24,437 bases of DNA, taken from the IMG/VR virus record IMGVR_UViG_3300005804_000006, positions 1-24,437 of that record. One strand, given 5' to 3'. Shown piece after piece: positions 16,587 through 23,839 of the stretch (positions within the stretch are counted from its first letter, which is position 1; every line of letters starts with the position of its first letter). The position numbers were made by a program, and so were the translations under genes. This stretch comes from a virus. Lineage: Duplodnaviria > Caudoviricetes. Below the pieces are notes generated by a model. That model ran no database searches and was not told the DNA's origin. It saw only the letters and a list, made by a program, of their open reading frames with translations.

Positions 16587-16801
16587 CCCTCTATCCTCCT
16601 ACATCCACCGCCTACGCGGTAGGTTTCGCGTTCCTCGTCCGAGAGCGCGCAGAATCGGTCCATCGTCTCGGCGATCCCACGCGGACACCTCTGGTACGGC
16701 TCTCCGTTCGACTTGACCGGACACGGGCCTCCGATACCTGGTATATCGATGGTTAGGCCGTCGTACTCGTAGAGACGTGGGCCGCAGATAAATCCGGTCA
16801 T
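16583..16801 (-). CDS. hypothetical protein
   Basis: AAGGAG RBS; ATGA overlaps. Confidence 0.6.
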   Translation of the reverse strand: MTGFICGPRLYEYDGLTIDIPGIGGPCPVKSNGEPYQRCPRGIAETMDRFCALSDEERETYRVGGGCRRIEG

Positions 16802-16881
16802 TTGTACCGCTCCTTACTATGTGATTCAGGACCGTATAGAGCGCCGATTATGGCGATAAGGAGTTTCTTGGCGGTTTTCAT
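16798..16881 (-). CDS. 27-aa linker ORF or gene remnant
   Basis: MKTAKKLLIAIIGALYGPESHSKERYK; ATGA overlaps at both ends. Confidence 0.35.
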   Translation of the reverse strand: MKTAKKLLIAIIGALYGPESHSKERYK

Positions 16882-17444
16882 TCGTTTTCCTTCGGTATTA
16901 TCACGGCTATTTTTGAAGCCGTCCATGATAGAATGATTTTCTGTTCTTCTATCCAGTTGTTAAGATCATTTATACGACTGGCAAGCTCAGGTGCAACGTC
17001 TTCAAGCGACATATCTTCGGGAAGATCGTCGTAATACATATCATCATCAATTGGTGATGCGTAAGTCGGCTTGCATAAAACAAGCTGTAAATCTTGCGGA
17101 GTACAGTCATGTTCCTCACACCAGATTTCCAACTCATCCATATCAAAGAAAAACTGGTCGTCATCAAATATGCAGATCGGTGTTTTTCCGTCCCATTCAA
17201 TTCTTTCAAAATGTTGAAATATATCGTCTCTGTCTTTTTTTCTACAAGTTTCGCAATAATTGTATCCTTTCTCAATGAGGTTTCCGCACTCACATACGTT
17301 ATGAGTGCAACCATCATATCTTGCCATATTTTCATCTTTGCCCCAAAAACGACCATGCCGAGAAACCCACCCGGAAATGCCAGTAACGAATTTCGCGGCT
17401 TCGTCCGAAGTACTTAGAACAACTTCTTCTTTTTCGGTTTTCAT
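16878..17444 (-). CDS. conserved phage hypothetical protein
   Basis: GWVSRHGRFWG...ARYDGCTH..CECG...CETC; GGAGG RBS. Confidence 0.7.
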   Translation of the reverse strand: MKTEKEEVVLSTSDEAAKFVTGISGWVSRHGRFWGKDENMARYDGCTHNVCECGNLIEKGYNYCETCRKKDRDDIFQHFERIEWDGKTPICIFDDDQFFFDMDELEIWCEEHDCTPQDLQLVLCKPTYASPIDDDMYYDDLPEDMSLEDVAPELASRINDLNNWIEEQKIILSWTASKIAVIIPKENE

Positions 17445-17599
17445 TTCACCCTCCCATACATAGGTTCTTTCTTCACTCTTCCTTTACCAGCGTATACCTT
17501 CCTCCGATGACACGGAGACAGATTTAGGCATTCATGGTTATAGAGTGATAGACATTCGCGGTTGTTTTTCTGATCGTGGCAACGGATTCGTTTGGGCAT
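17441..17599 (-). CDS. small Cys-rich hypothetical protein
   Basis: ATG 17599 directly after the upstream stop; GTGA overlap downstream. Confidence 0.4.
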   Translation of the reverse strand: MPKRIRCHDQKNNRECLSLYNHECLNLSPCHRRKVYAGKGRVKKEPMYGRVK

Positions 17600-17600
17600 A

Positions 17601-17867
17601 TTAGAATCTGCTTTCGGGTAAATCCTCGAACACGTGGAACACAAGCCCTTCCGTCTGGAAAGTCCCTATGTACCGACCATTGTAGTCGCCCATGTCATGC
17701 CCGGTTCCGAACACGTGGAAAGTACGCGATACATCGGGCTCTTCGGTATCGAGATAAACCCACATTTTAGGACTTCCGTTTTGCATCTGGACGGTTAAAA
17801 CAACAGCGTCTAAAGGAAGGTTGATTGAAAACTCGGGCTCTACGTCGAATTTGTATATTGTCTTCAT
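17601..17867 (-). CDS. conserved phage hypothetical protein
   Basis: MKTIYK...VFGTGH...YIGTFQ...LVFHVFE, a pattern I recognise from a widespread phage family. Confidence 0.7.
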   Translation of the reverse strand: MKTIYKFDVEPEFSINLPLDAVVLTVQMQNGSPKMWVYLDTEEPDVSRTFHVFGTGHDMGDYNGRYIGTFQTEGLVFHVFEDLPESRF

Positions 17868-18190
17868 TCTTTAACTTTCTCCATAATGGCCTCTACGCCT
17901 TTCCGCATGAGGAACCGGAAATCTTCACGAATGGAGTTGTTTTCCATGAGACGCTTGATATCGGTCCCCATCTCTGTGATGATCTTATTGACGATTTTTT
18001 CGGCAAGCTCTTCTTCGAGTTTTTCGGTTATGCGAGCATACACCTTCGCATAGTCAATGTTGGCATAGGCTTTTTTCAATTCTGCGGATATGTCGATCCT
18101 GTTTTTATAATCAATCGTAAACGGCTCGCCTTTGCGAACCATATCTACAATAGCGTTTTCCATCGCCTGTTCGATTCTTTCAGCGTTCAT
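17864..18190 (-). CDS. hypothetical protein
   Basis: AAAGGAG RBS; first gene after the promoter at 18240. Confidence 0.65.
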   Translation of the reverse strand: MNAERIEQAMENAIVDMVRKGEPFTIDYKNRIDISAELKKAYANIDYAKVYARITEKLEEELAEKIVNKIITEMGTDIKRLMENNSIREDFRFLMRKGVEAIMEKVKE

Positions 18191-18211
18191 ATACTTCTCC
18201 TTTCACCATCT

Positions 18212-18240
18212 ATTCTACACCCTCTTTCCTATTCCGTCAA
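18212..18240 (-). promoter_or_regulatory. sigma70-type promoter for the accessory block
   Basis: TTGACG-17 nt-TAGAAT. Confidence 0.7.
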
Positions 18241-18252
18241 TCACCATCTATT

Positions 18253-18267
18253 ATAAATAATCACATA
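18253..18267. repeat. 15-bp inverted copy of the upstream box
   Basis: ATAAATAATCACATA is the reverse complement of TATGTGATTATTTAT. Confidence 0.6.
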
Positions 18268-18279
18268 CCTACCTTTTTA

Positions 18280-19734
18280 TCACCACATGCCCCTGAGTAT
18301 CTCAAACGCCTTTTTCTTGTCGATGTCGTTGCTCGTATCTGGTTCGAGGTAGTTTATTCCGTGGACCATGGCGTCCATGCGGTCGGGGGACTTGCTTCCG
18401 GGTATCCAGTTGCACAACTGCTCTTCCAACTTGGCAAAAGGATCGTCTTTTTCGACGTAAGTTGTCATGTCACGGTAAAAGTGAATTCGCCCCCGTTGCA
18501 TGATCGTTGATACCGGCATCGCCCGAGCCGCCTTGTCCTTGACGGCGTGGACCTTTTCGATTCTAGTTGTTACCCCGGCGTTTATGAGGGTCGATACGAC
18601 CATATCGCCGCCTTGATTATCTTCCACTACCACACATCCGGCTTCTTGTGAGACTTGATTAACTTTCGATCCCCATTCGTAAGGTGTTCCTTGTAACGAA
18701 TTATCGCCGACAATATAAAAGTGCGTCATTTCCTTGTTTCGCACCTCAGATCCCGAAGCTAATTCTTTCGGCGCTACAGCTTCGTATATCGTGATAATTC
18801 CCGTCTCGTCCGATTCGTCCTCATGCGTGATAGCCGGGTCAACGGCAACGATAACGCGCCGTATCTGATCCACTCTAGGAAGTGAGAACACGCGATCCCT
18901 GGAAATCCACTCACGCTTGAATAGAGCGTTCGGATTGTCGTCCATGATCTGCGCGTTTAGTTCCTGTTCGCCTAACCTGGTTCCTTCGTATTGCGAAATA
19001 ATAGAAGCTGCAAATTCGTCAGCAAGATTCTCAATATTTTCATAAGTCGAGACAACCGTTGTAATGGTGCTAGGCCGCTTCCTGCGGTCCTTGCGGGCTT
19101 CAATTTCCCTAGTGAATTTCGTTGGCTTGGGCGTAGACGTATTGATACACAATAGCGGAGCTTCGCCTTTTATGCGCAACGCCATCATAATATTTTCAAA
19201 GGCTTCTTCGGGATACTGCCATTTATGGACTTCATCGCACCAGACCAATTGGATATTGTTTCCACGCGCCGCCTCACGATCCGAACCGTACAGAATGTAC
19301 GTTATCGCACCATTCGGCCACTCCAATTCCATCTTTTGCGTTTTATGGACCGGCTTGAACTTCGGATTGCAGTTTTTCATGATTCCAGACGGCCCGTATA
19401 TTTGGATACGCGACACGTCACCCGCCGTAGCACCGGCAAGAGCGGAATACTTATATAGCCCTGATTCTATAAGCGTCCTGAAAACGTTGCTTCCGGTGTA
19501 TGTTTTTCCGGTTCCTCGGCCCCAGCGCATGTTCCAGATAAAACAACCATTCTTCCCCCACTCTGGCGGAGGAAGTTGGCTATCGCGGGCCTTGTATTTC
19601 CATGCGTAGCGGAGATATTCAAGTTGTTCAGGTGAAAGACTACGGATATAGGCGTCGGCGTCATCCTTGGGAAGCGCTAGAAGATCCTTGACCGTCAGGT
19701 CCGTTGTCTTTCGCACGAGCGCGTCTATCATCAA
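18280..19734 (-). CDS. terL: terminase large subunit
   Basis: Walker A GRGTGKT, Walker B VWCDE, TSTP, nuclease motifs VAVDPA and SPDRMDA. Confidence 0.92.
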   Translation of the reverse strand: MMIDALVRKTTDLTVKDLLALPKDDADAYIRSLSPEQLEYLRYAWKYKARDSQLPPPEWGKNGCFIWNMRWGRGTGKTYTGSNVFRTLIESGLYKYSALAGATAGDVSRIQIYGPSGIMKNCNPKFKPVHKTQKMELEWPNGAITYILYGSDREAARGNNIQLVWCDEVHKWQYPEEAFENIMMALRIKGEAPLLCINTSTPKPTKFTREIEARKDRRKRPSTITTVVSTYENIENLADEFAASIISQYEGTRLGEQELNAQIMDDNPNALFKREWISRDRVFSLPRVDQIRRVIVAVDPAITHEDESDETGIITIYEAVAPKELASGSEVRNKEMTHFYIVGDNSLQGTPYEWGSKVNQVSQEAGCVVVEDNQGGDMVVSTLINAGVTTRIEKVHAVKDKAARAMPVSTIMQRGRIHFYRDMTTYVEKDDPFAKLEEQLCNWIPGSKSPDRMDAMVHGINYLEPDTSNDIDKKKAFEILRGMW

Positions 19735-20272
19735 GGAACCTCATCAAGTCGTCTCTTGCAAGCTCTAGGGATTTCTCATCGTGCTTCACGTTTACGTCTA
19801 TCTTCTCGGCAACGCCAAGGGCTTCACGCTCAAGCGCAAACGACAATTCAAGCCATTGCGCCATGAGATGCAAAGGAACACTGCTCACGGCTTCTTCAAG
19901 CGCCGCTGCGCGGTCCTCCGGGTCCTGAATCTCCATTGCCGCCTTGAGCTTGTCTTGTATCGCTTTAATCCGCACCATGGGAAGTTTCCGAAGCTGGCGT
20001 GCAATCATCGCCCCTTCCTCGTTCATCTTCCGTATCGCGTCGATATTGGCAGTTCGCCGTTCGTTCTCCATCCATTCGTCATATGCCGTTACACGCTCTA
20101 CCCAATGATTCTGAGGGGAGAGGTTCATGAGCCTACCTACGAACCGCTCATGCCGTCCTAATACTTGAGCTACCTTTTTCATCGACCTCGTAATTCCAAG
20201 GTCTCGATATGTTGCGAACAAATCATATTGGAGTTTCGTTTCGTACTCTTGTCTTTCCCATTTCTCAGGCAT
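19661..20272 (-). CDS. terminase small subunit (putative)
   Basis: WERQ..E...F..YRDLG..RS HTH-type N-terminus; directly upstream of and overlapping terL. Confidence 0.65.
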   Translation of the reverse strand: MPEKWERQEYETKLQYDLFATYRDLGITRSMKKVAQVLGRHERFVGRLMNLSPQNHWVERVTAYDEWMENERRTANIDAIRKMNEEGAMIARQLRKLPMVRIKAIQDKLKAAMEIQDPEDRAAALEEAVSSVPLHLMAQWLELSFALEREALGVAEKIDVNVKHDEKSLELARDDLMRFLDDRRARAKDNGPDGQGSSSASQG

Positions 20273-20660
20273 ATTTCGGCCTCATCAATTCAGAGTTTTC
20301 ATGGATATTCCCGATTACTAATACATCCCTGTCTATCTGGTTGGAAAAAAAATCGATCCAAACAGAGGCCCTTCTTCCCCTCTTATCGGTCTCATTACGA
20401 CTTCCCAAGAAGGCACCAGCAAACTCTATAATTTCATATATCTCATTCTCGTAAGATATATAGTCACCCTCGAATATCTCTTTCCCGTTCTTATCCTTCA
20501 GCCCTATCGACTGCCCCACCGTCTCAGAAAGCACCGGATATTGATCGGCTTCGTCGTCGGTTGTTTCGGTCAAGATAGACGGGCCCGACTTCAAGTTAAT
20601 GAGCGATCCGTAAAGCCACTTCCCGTCTGCGGTCTTTCCTCGGAATTTGATTTCTCTCAT
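20265..20660 (-). CDS. YopX-family protein
   Basis: MREIKFRGK...GQSIGLKDKNGKEIFEGD...VIGNIHEN. Confidence 0.85.
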   Translation of the reverse strand: MREIKFRGKTADGKWLYGSLINLKSGPSILTETTDDEADQYPVLSETVGQSIGLKDKNGKEIFEGDYISYENEIYEIIEFAGAFLGSRNETDKRGRRASVWIDFFSNQIDRDVLVIGNIHENSELMRPKYA

Positions 20661-21457
20661 GACAATTCCCTAAGTTTGATCTTGTGGTCGTATATGTCGT
20701 ACAGAATTGAAGCCTTGATATAGGACTCTTTTACGTCGTTGCTCTTTCCGGCCTGTCTACAGAATTCCTCTTTAGCGGAATTCGTCTCGAATACAAGGTG
20801 GAGAACGTAGTTATCGTGTTTCCCTTGATAGTCTCCGTCGTCTTGCGCGCCAGCGGTTCTCAGGGCTCTTTCGGCTTTCTTGGCCTCTTTCAGCTTGTCA
20901 ACCTTGCGGGCCTGTTCAGCCATATCTACCACGTCTTCCTGTTCGGGAGAAGGATCAAATATGTTTTCGGCTTCCTCGAACACGTCGGACCCGGCGAAAA
21001 TATGCTGGATGTCGAGCATGTCGAAGCAAAGGTCTTTCTGAAAATCGATGTCGGGGAATTGGAGCTTTATTTCCTGCAAGAGAACGTCATCCCATTCGCC
21101 TTGAAGCGAGGGATTGTTGAGAAGAACGTTTGCGCGGGCTTCTTCCTTCGGAGAGAGGTCAACCATGGATACGGTCAGTTCGTAATCGGGCCTTTTCAGG
21201 ATTTCGTCCATTCGAGCCAACCGCTGATGTCCTCCGACTAGAGTTAAGTACCCTACGTCCTCCCCCGTCCAGCCTTTTTCCCCCGACCGTTTATTCACCA
21301 CTATCGGTTCAAGAAGCCCTATTTCTTTCAGGGCTTTTCTGAGGTTTTTCGCGTTCGTATCGGTTATTTTTCGTGGATTGTACGGCGCTCCGTGGATCTC
21401 ATCGCGGCGAACGCGGACAGGCACAAAGGCTTCAAGCTCGTTTGCTTTTTCGGTCAT
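20657..21457 (-). CDS. ParB/Srx N-terminal domain protein
   Basis: YNPRKI, GLLEPIVVN and GGHQRL motifs; start at ATG 21457 after GGAGG. Confidence 0.8.
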   Translation of the reverse strand: MTEKANELEAFVPVRVRRDEIHGAPYNPRKITDTNAKNLRKALKEIGLLEPIVVNKRSGEKGWTGEDVGYLTLVGGHQRLARMDEILKRPDYELTVSMVDLSPKEEARANVLLNNPSLQGEWDDVLLQEIKLQFPDIDFQKDLCFDMLDIQHIFAGSDVFEEAENIFDPSPEQEDVVDMAEQARKVDKLKEAKKAERALRTAGAQDDGDYQGKHDNYVLHLVFETNSAKEEFCRQAGKSNDVKESYIKASILYDIYDHKIKLRELS

Positions 21458-21783
21458 ACAGACCTCCATTCGCCGCGCTCAAGGAAACCGTGCCACCAAG
21501 TATCTGGATATGCCGGCATCTGGTCTTTCCCCCACAGAATAGAAGGGGAAACCGTAATAGTTCCATCTTCGTGCTCAACTACTAAATGCCAACCCCGATC
21601 TTTCGGTTTACCACTAATCCCAATTCCTACGCCGTGATGAGACATTGGCCCATCATTCAAGAATGACGGAAGACACGCATACCACCATTTCTCTCCGTCT
21701 TCAACGTCAACTGACCAGTAATCTCCTGGTTGTACATTAGGATCGGGATATCCATTCGGATGGTCTATGCGTCGGCCTTTCAT
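21454..21783 (-). CDS. hypothetical protein (DUF6527-like C-terminus)
   Basis: TITVSPSI...WHGFLERGEW; start at ATG 21783 after GGAGGA. Confidence 0.6.
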   Translation of the reverse strand: MKGRRIDHPNGYPDPNVQPGDYWSVDVEDGEKWWYACLPSFLNDGPMSHHGVGIGISGKPKDRGWHLVVEHEDGTITVSPSILWGKDQMPAYPDTWWHGFLERGEWRSV

Positions 21784-21852
21784 GCCTTCCTCCACGCGAT
21801 AGCAAGCGAGAGGCAAAACCACGAAAACGACACTTCGTACATATCGCCCATG

Positions 21853-22503
21853 TCAACGATAACAAGAGAAGGCGTAAATACGAATACTTCGGGGATTATG
21901 TCCCTTGGCGCACCATCTTTCAAAGTCTTCCAGGTAGTTCACCCGAAGCCATTCAAGCGACGGCCCCTTGTAAACGTCGATATTCCTGAATCCGGCGTAT
22001 GTTTCAGGGGCTAAAATGAGCTTTTCTTTCTTCAAGTACCAGTCTATATCTTTTTTCGCCCATAAATGAAGCGGCGCAAGTTTCTTGTTTTTCCAGTCAA
22101 TTCCATTATCAAATGTCTTGAGCATACAAGCGCGAGCCATTGATTCGCACGCTTCCCATCCAAGGGCGATCCATTCGATATCGTATTTATCTCGCAAGAG
22201 CGCGAACGTATCTTTCATCTGCAAGCGTTTTATGTTCTTCCCTTCACGACTAAGAAGATAGGTTGTTTCAAAGTGAGGGTATTGGTCGATTTCGATTCCG
22301 TATCGGTTTTCGTAGTATCGGATTACCTTGTTTTTACTTTCCATGTTGTCGCAATAATACAGAAAAACGGCCTTGAACCGTCCAGGCATGTACCTTTGGA
22401 ACAGGTCAAGCATTACCGTTGAGTCTTTTCCTAACGAATACAGTACAATGGCGGATTTTACGTTTCCCGCCATGTACTGTATTGAGCCGAAGAGGTTCTT
22501 CAC
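21853..22503 (-). CDS. PAPS-reductase-like PP-loop protein
   Basis: YSLGKDS PP-loop; LGWEACES..R; APLHLW. Confidence 0.75.
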   Translation of the reverse strand: MKNLFGSIQYMAGNVKSAIVLYSLGKDSTVMLDLFQRYMPGRFKAVFLYYCDNMESKNKVIRYYENRYGIEIDQYPHFETTYLLSREGKNIKRLQMKDTFALLRDKYDIEWIALGWEACESMARACMLKTFDNGIDWKNKKLAPLHLWAKKDIDWYLKKEKLILAPETYAGFRNIDVYKGPSLEWLRVNYLEDFERWCAKGHNPRSIRIYAFSCYR

Positions 22504-22506
22504 CTA

Positions 22507-22629
22507 CTAGGCCCGAGCCGCCCGAGCGCGGAGCGCCGCGAGGTTGTAACTGTCGCTCGCAATGTAGCGCCGAGAACGTCCACCGGAAGCACCACCGCCG
22601 CCGCTCGCATCGAAATAGACCTTTTTCAT
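22507..22629 (-). CDS. 40-aa Gly/Ala/Arg-rich peptide
   Basis: MKKVYFDASGGGGASGGRSRRYIASDSYNLAALRARAARA; ATGA overlap with the ASCH gene, GGAGG upstream; fills the gap exactly. Confidence 0.65.
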   Translation of the reverse strand: MKKVYFDASGGGGASGGRSRRYIASDSYNLAALRARAARA

Positions 22630-23087
22630 AGATCATACCTCCACAAAGAAAGTTTGCCCTTTACGCCAGCAATGGGCTTTTCAAACAACACCGAATTTTT
22701 TACGATCCAGTGGTATTGATCTCTGATAGCAAACGGGCTCTTGAAGCCCCGAACAACGTCCACAATGTCAACGTATCCGATGATCGCCGAAGTCTGACAA
22801 AACCACGCATTCGGATTTTCCGGCAATCCTTCGTCAAGGTTTATGCCTTTTTTCTCGTAGAATTCGCATTGCAACTTTGCGAACTTATCGACAAGCGCCC
22901 CGTATGGCGTTTTATCAATATTCTTCGGCCATTCTTCTTCCGGCACATACGGAAGCGAATCACCGCAGGAATGAATATACAATCGCCCCCGGAATTTCGT
23001 ATTCCAGGAACGGTTCTCAACATCCTTGATTCCAGCACATAGCTGATACGAATACGGATTCTGAACGCTTATACACGTTACTTCCAT
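22626..23087 (-). CDS. ASCH domain protein
   Basis: ISVQNPY...GIKDVENRSW...RGRLYIHS...AIIGYV...KGKLSLW. Confidence 0.85.
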   Translation of the reverse strand: MEVTCISVQNPYSYQLCAGIKDVENRSWNTKFRGRLYIHSCGDSLPYVPEEEWPKNIDKTPYGALVDKFAKLQCEFYEKKGINLDEGLPENPNAWFCQTSAIIGYVDIVDVVRGFKSPFAIRDQYHWIVKNSVLFEKPIAGVKGKLSLWRYDL

Positions 23088-23105
23088 TCGAATTTCCTTT
23101 CTACA

Positions 23106-23134
23106 AGACTATCATAAAAACATGAATAAATCAA
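23106..23134 (-). promoter_or_regulatory. putative promoter of the ASCH-to-terminase operon
   Basis: TTGATT-17 nt-TAGTCT; shares TTGnnTTATT-N10-TGATA with the portal and head promoters. Confidence 0.45.
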
Positions 23135-23173
23135 CAATGATACTTGATTATTGTTTAGCAGATATGTTCCCTT

Positions 23174-23386
23174 TTATAATCCTTCAACAAATTTCCGAAA
23201 CTTCGTCCACGATAGGTTCGTTTTGTTCTTCAATTTCTGAACGCTTCCGGGTGCCGGTTGTGGATAGCCTAGACTCTTCCAATTCCGCAACACTTCGATA
23301 TCGTCGCTTGATTTCAGGTCATCAAGCCGTTTATCGTTCGCTTCCTTTTGGGCGATATGATGGTCAAGCCTTTCTTGCGGAGTCAT
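23174..23386 (-). CDS. hypothetical protein
   Basis: ATGA overlap with the upstream ORF. Confidence 0.55.
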   Translation of the reverse strand: MTPQERLDHHIAQKEANDKRLDDLKSSDDIEVLRNWKSLGYPQPAPGSVQKLKNKTNLSWTKFRKFVEGL

Positions 23387-23622
23387 TTGATATTCTCTTT
23401 TGTCATCTGAAAAGCTTTTTTATAATAAAAATCAGCTTGTTTTTGCAAATCTTTATCAGTGAAGTTTTCAATCATATTTTTAATTTCTTCATCACTGTAA
23501 GCCTCAAAAACAGACTTGTTTTCATGTTTCTTTAACCTTGCAATCTTAGCATCAATTTGATCAAAAAGATTCAACATAAGATCGTTTTCTGCTCGAATAA
23601 TTGTCTGAGCTTTTTTGTTCAT
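23383..23622 (-). CDS. hypothetical protein
   Basis: AAGGA RBS; first gene after a consensus promoter. Confidence 0.6.
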   Translation of the reverse strand: MNKKAQTIIRAENDLMLNLFDQIDAKIARLKKHENKSVFEAYSDEEIKNMIENFTDKDLQKQADFYYKKAFQMTKENIK

Positions 23623-23628
23623 CTCTCT

Positions 23629-23672
23629 ATCCTTTTAGGCTTGGATTTTAGCTTGCGGCTGCCTATTTCCGC
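23629..23672 (-). promoter_or_regulatory. structured 5' leader, copy 1
   Basis: GCGG-AAA-TAGGC-AG-CCGC-...AAAATC..-GCCTA-AAAGGAT. Confidence 0.5.
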
Positions 23673-23687
23673 TTGCTTTATGTAGTA

Positions 23688-23716
23688 ATTATAATCTTTA
23701 ATTATCATCATGTCAA
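23688..23716 (-). promoter_or_regulatory. consensus sigma70 promoter
   Basis: TTGACA-17 nt-TATAAT. Confidence 0.85.
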
Positions 23717-23749
23717 GCAATATTTTTGCATTTTAATCACTTTCCGTTA

Positions 23750-23778
23750 TTGACAATTTAATAATCTTTGATTATAAT
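23750..23778 (+). promoter_or_regulatory. consensus sigma70 promoter
   Basis: TTGACA-17 nt-TATAAT. Confidence 0.85.
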
Positions 23779-23792
23779 AGTATTATGAGTTA

Positions 23793-23833
23793 CGGAGATA
23801 GCCGACCGGAACCCAAAATCTAGGCTAAAGGAT
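23793..23833 (+). promoter_or_regulatory. structured 5' leader, copy 2
   Basis: CGG-AGA-TAGCC-GA-CCG-...AAAATC..-GGCTA-AAGGAT. Confidence 0.5.
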
Positions 23834-23839
23834 GACAAG

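Noticed and set aside
22501-22512. The peptide ORF and the PP-loop ORF are in frame, separated only by TAG TAG (possible amber recoding)
   Set aside because: TAG terminates other genes normally (e.g. 6853, 13667, 15650), and long genes contain no internal TAG.
22406-22636. 76-aa minus-strand ORF from the track
   Set aside because: It overlaps the PP-loop gene by about 100 nt; the 40-aa frame fits the gap exactly with an ATGA overlap.
23629-23833. Known riboswitch (SAM-II, preQ1) assignment for the leaders
   Set aside because: The conserved ligand-binding nucleotides are not evident by eye; an Rfam search is needed.
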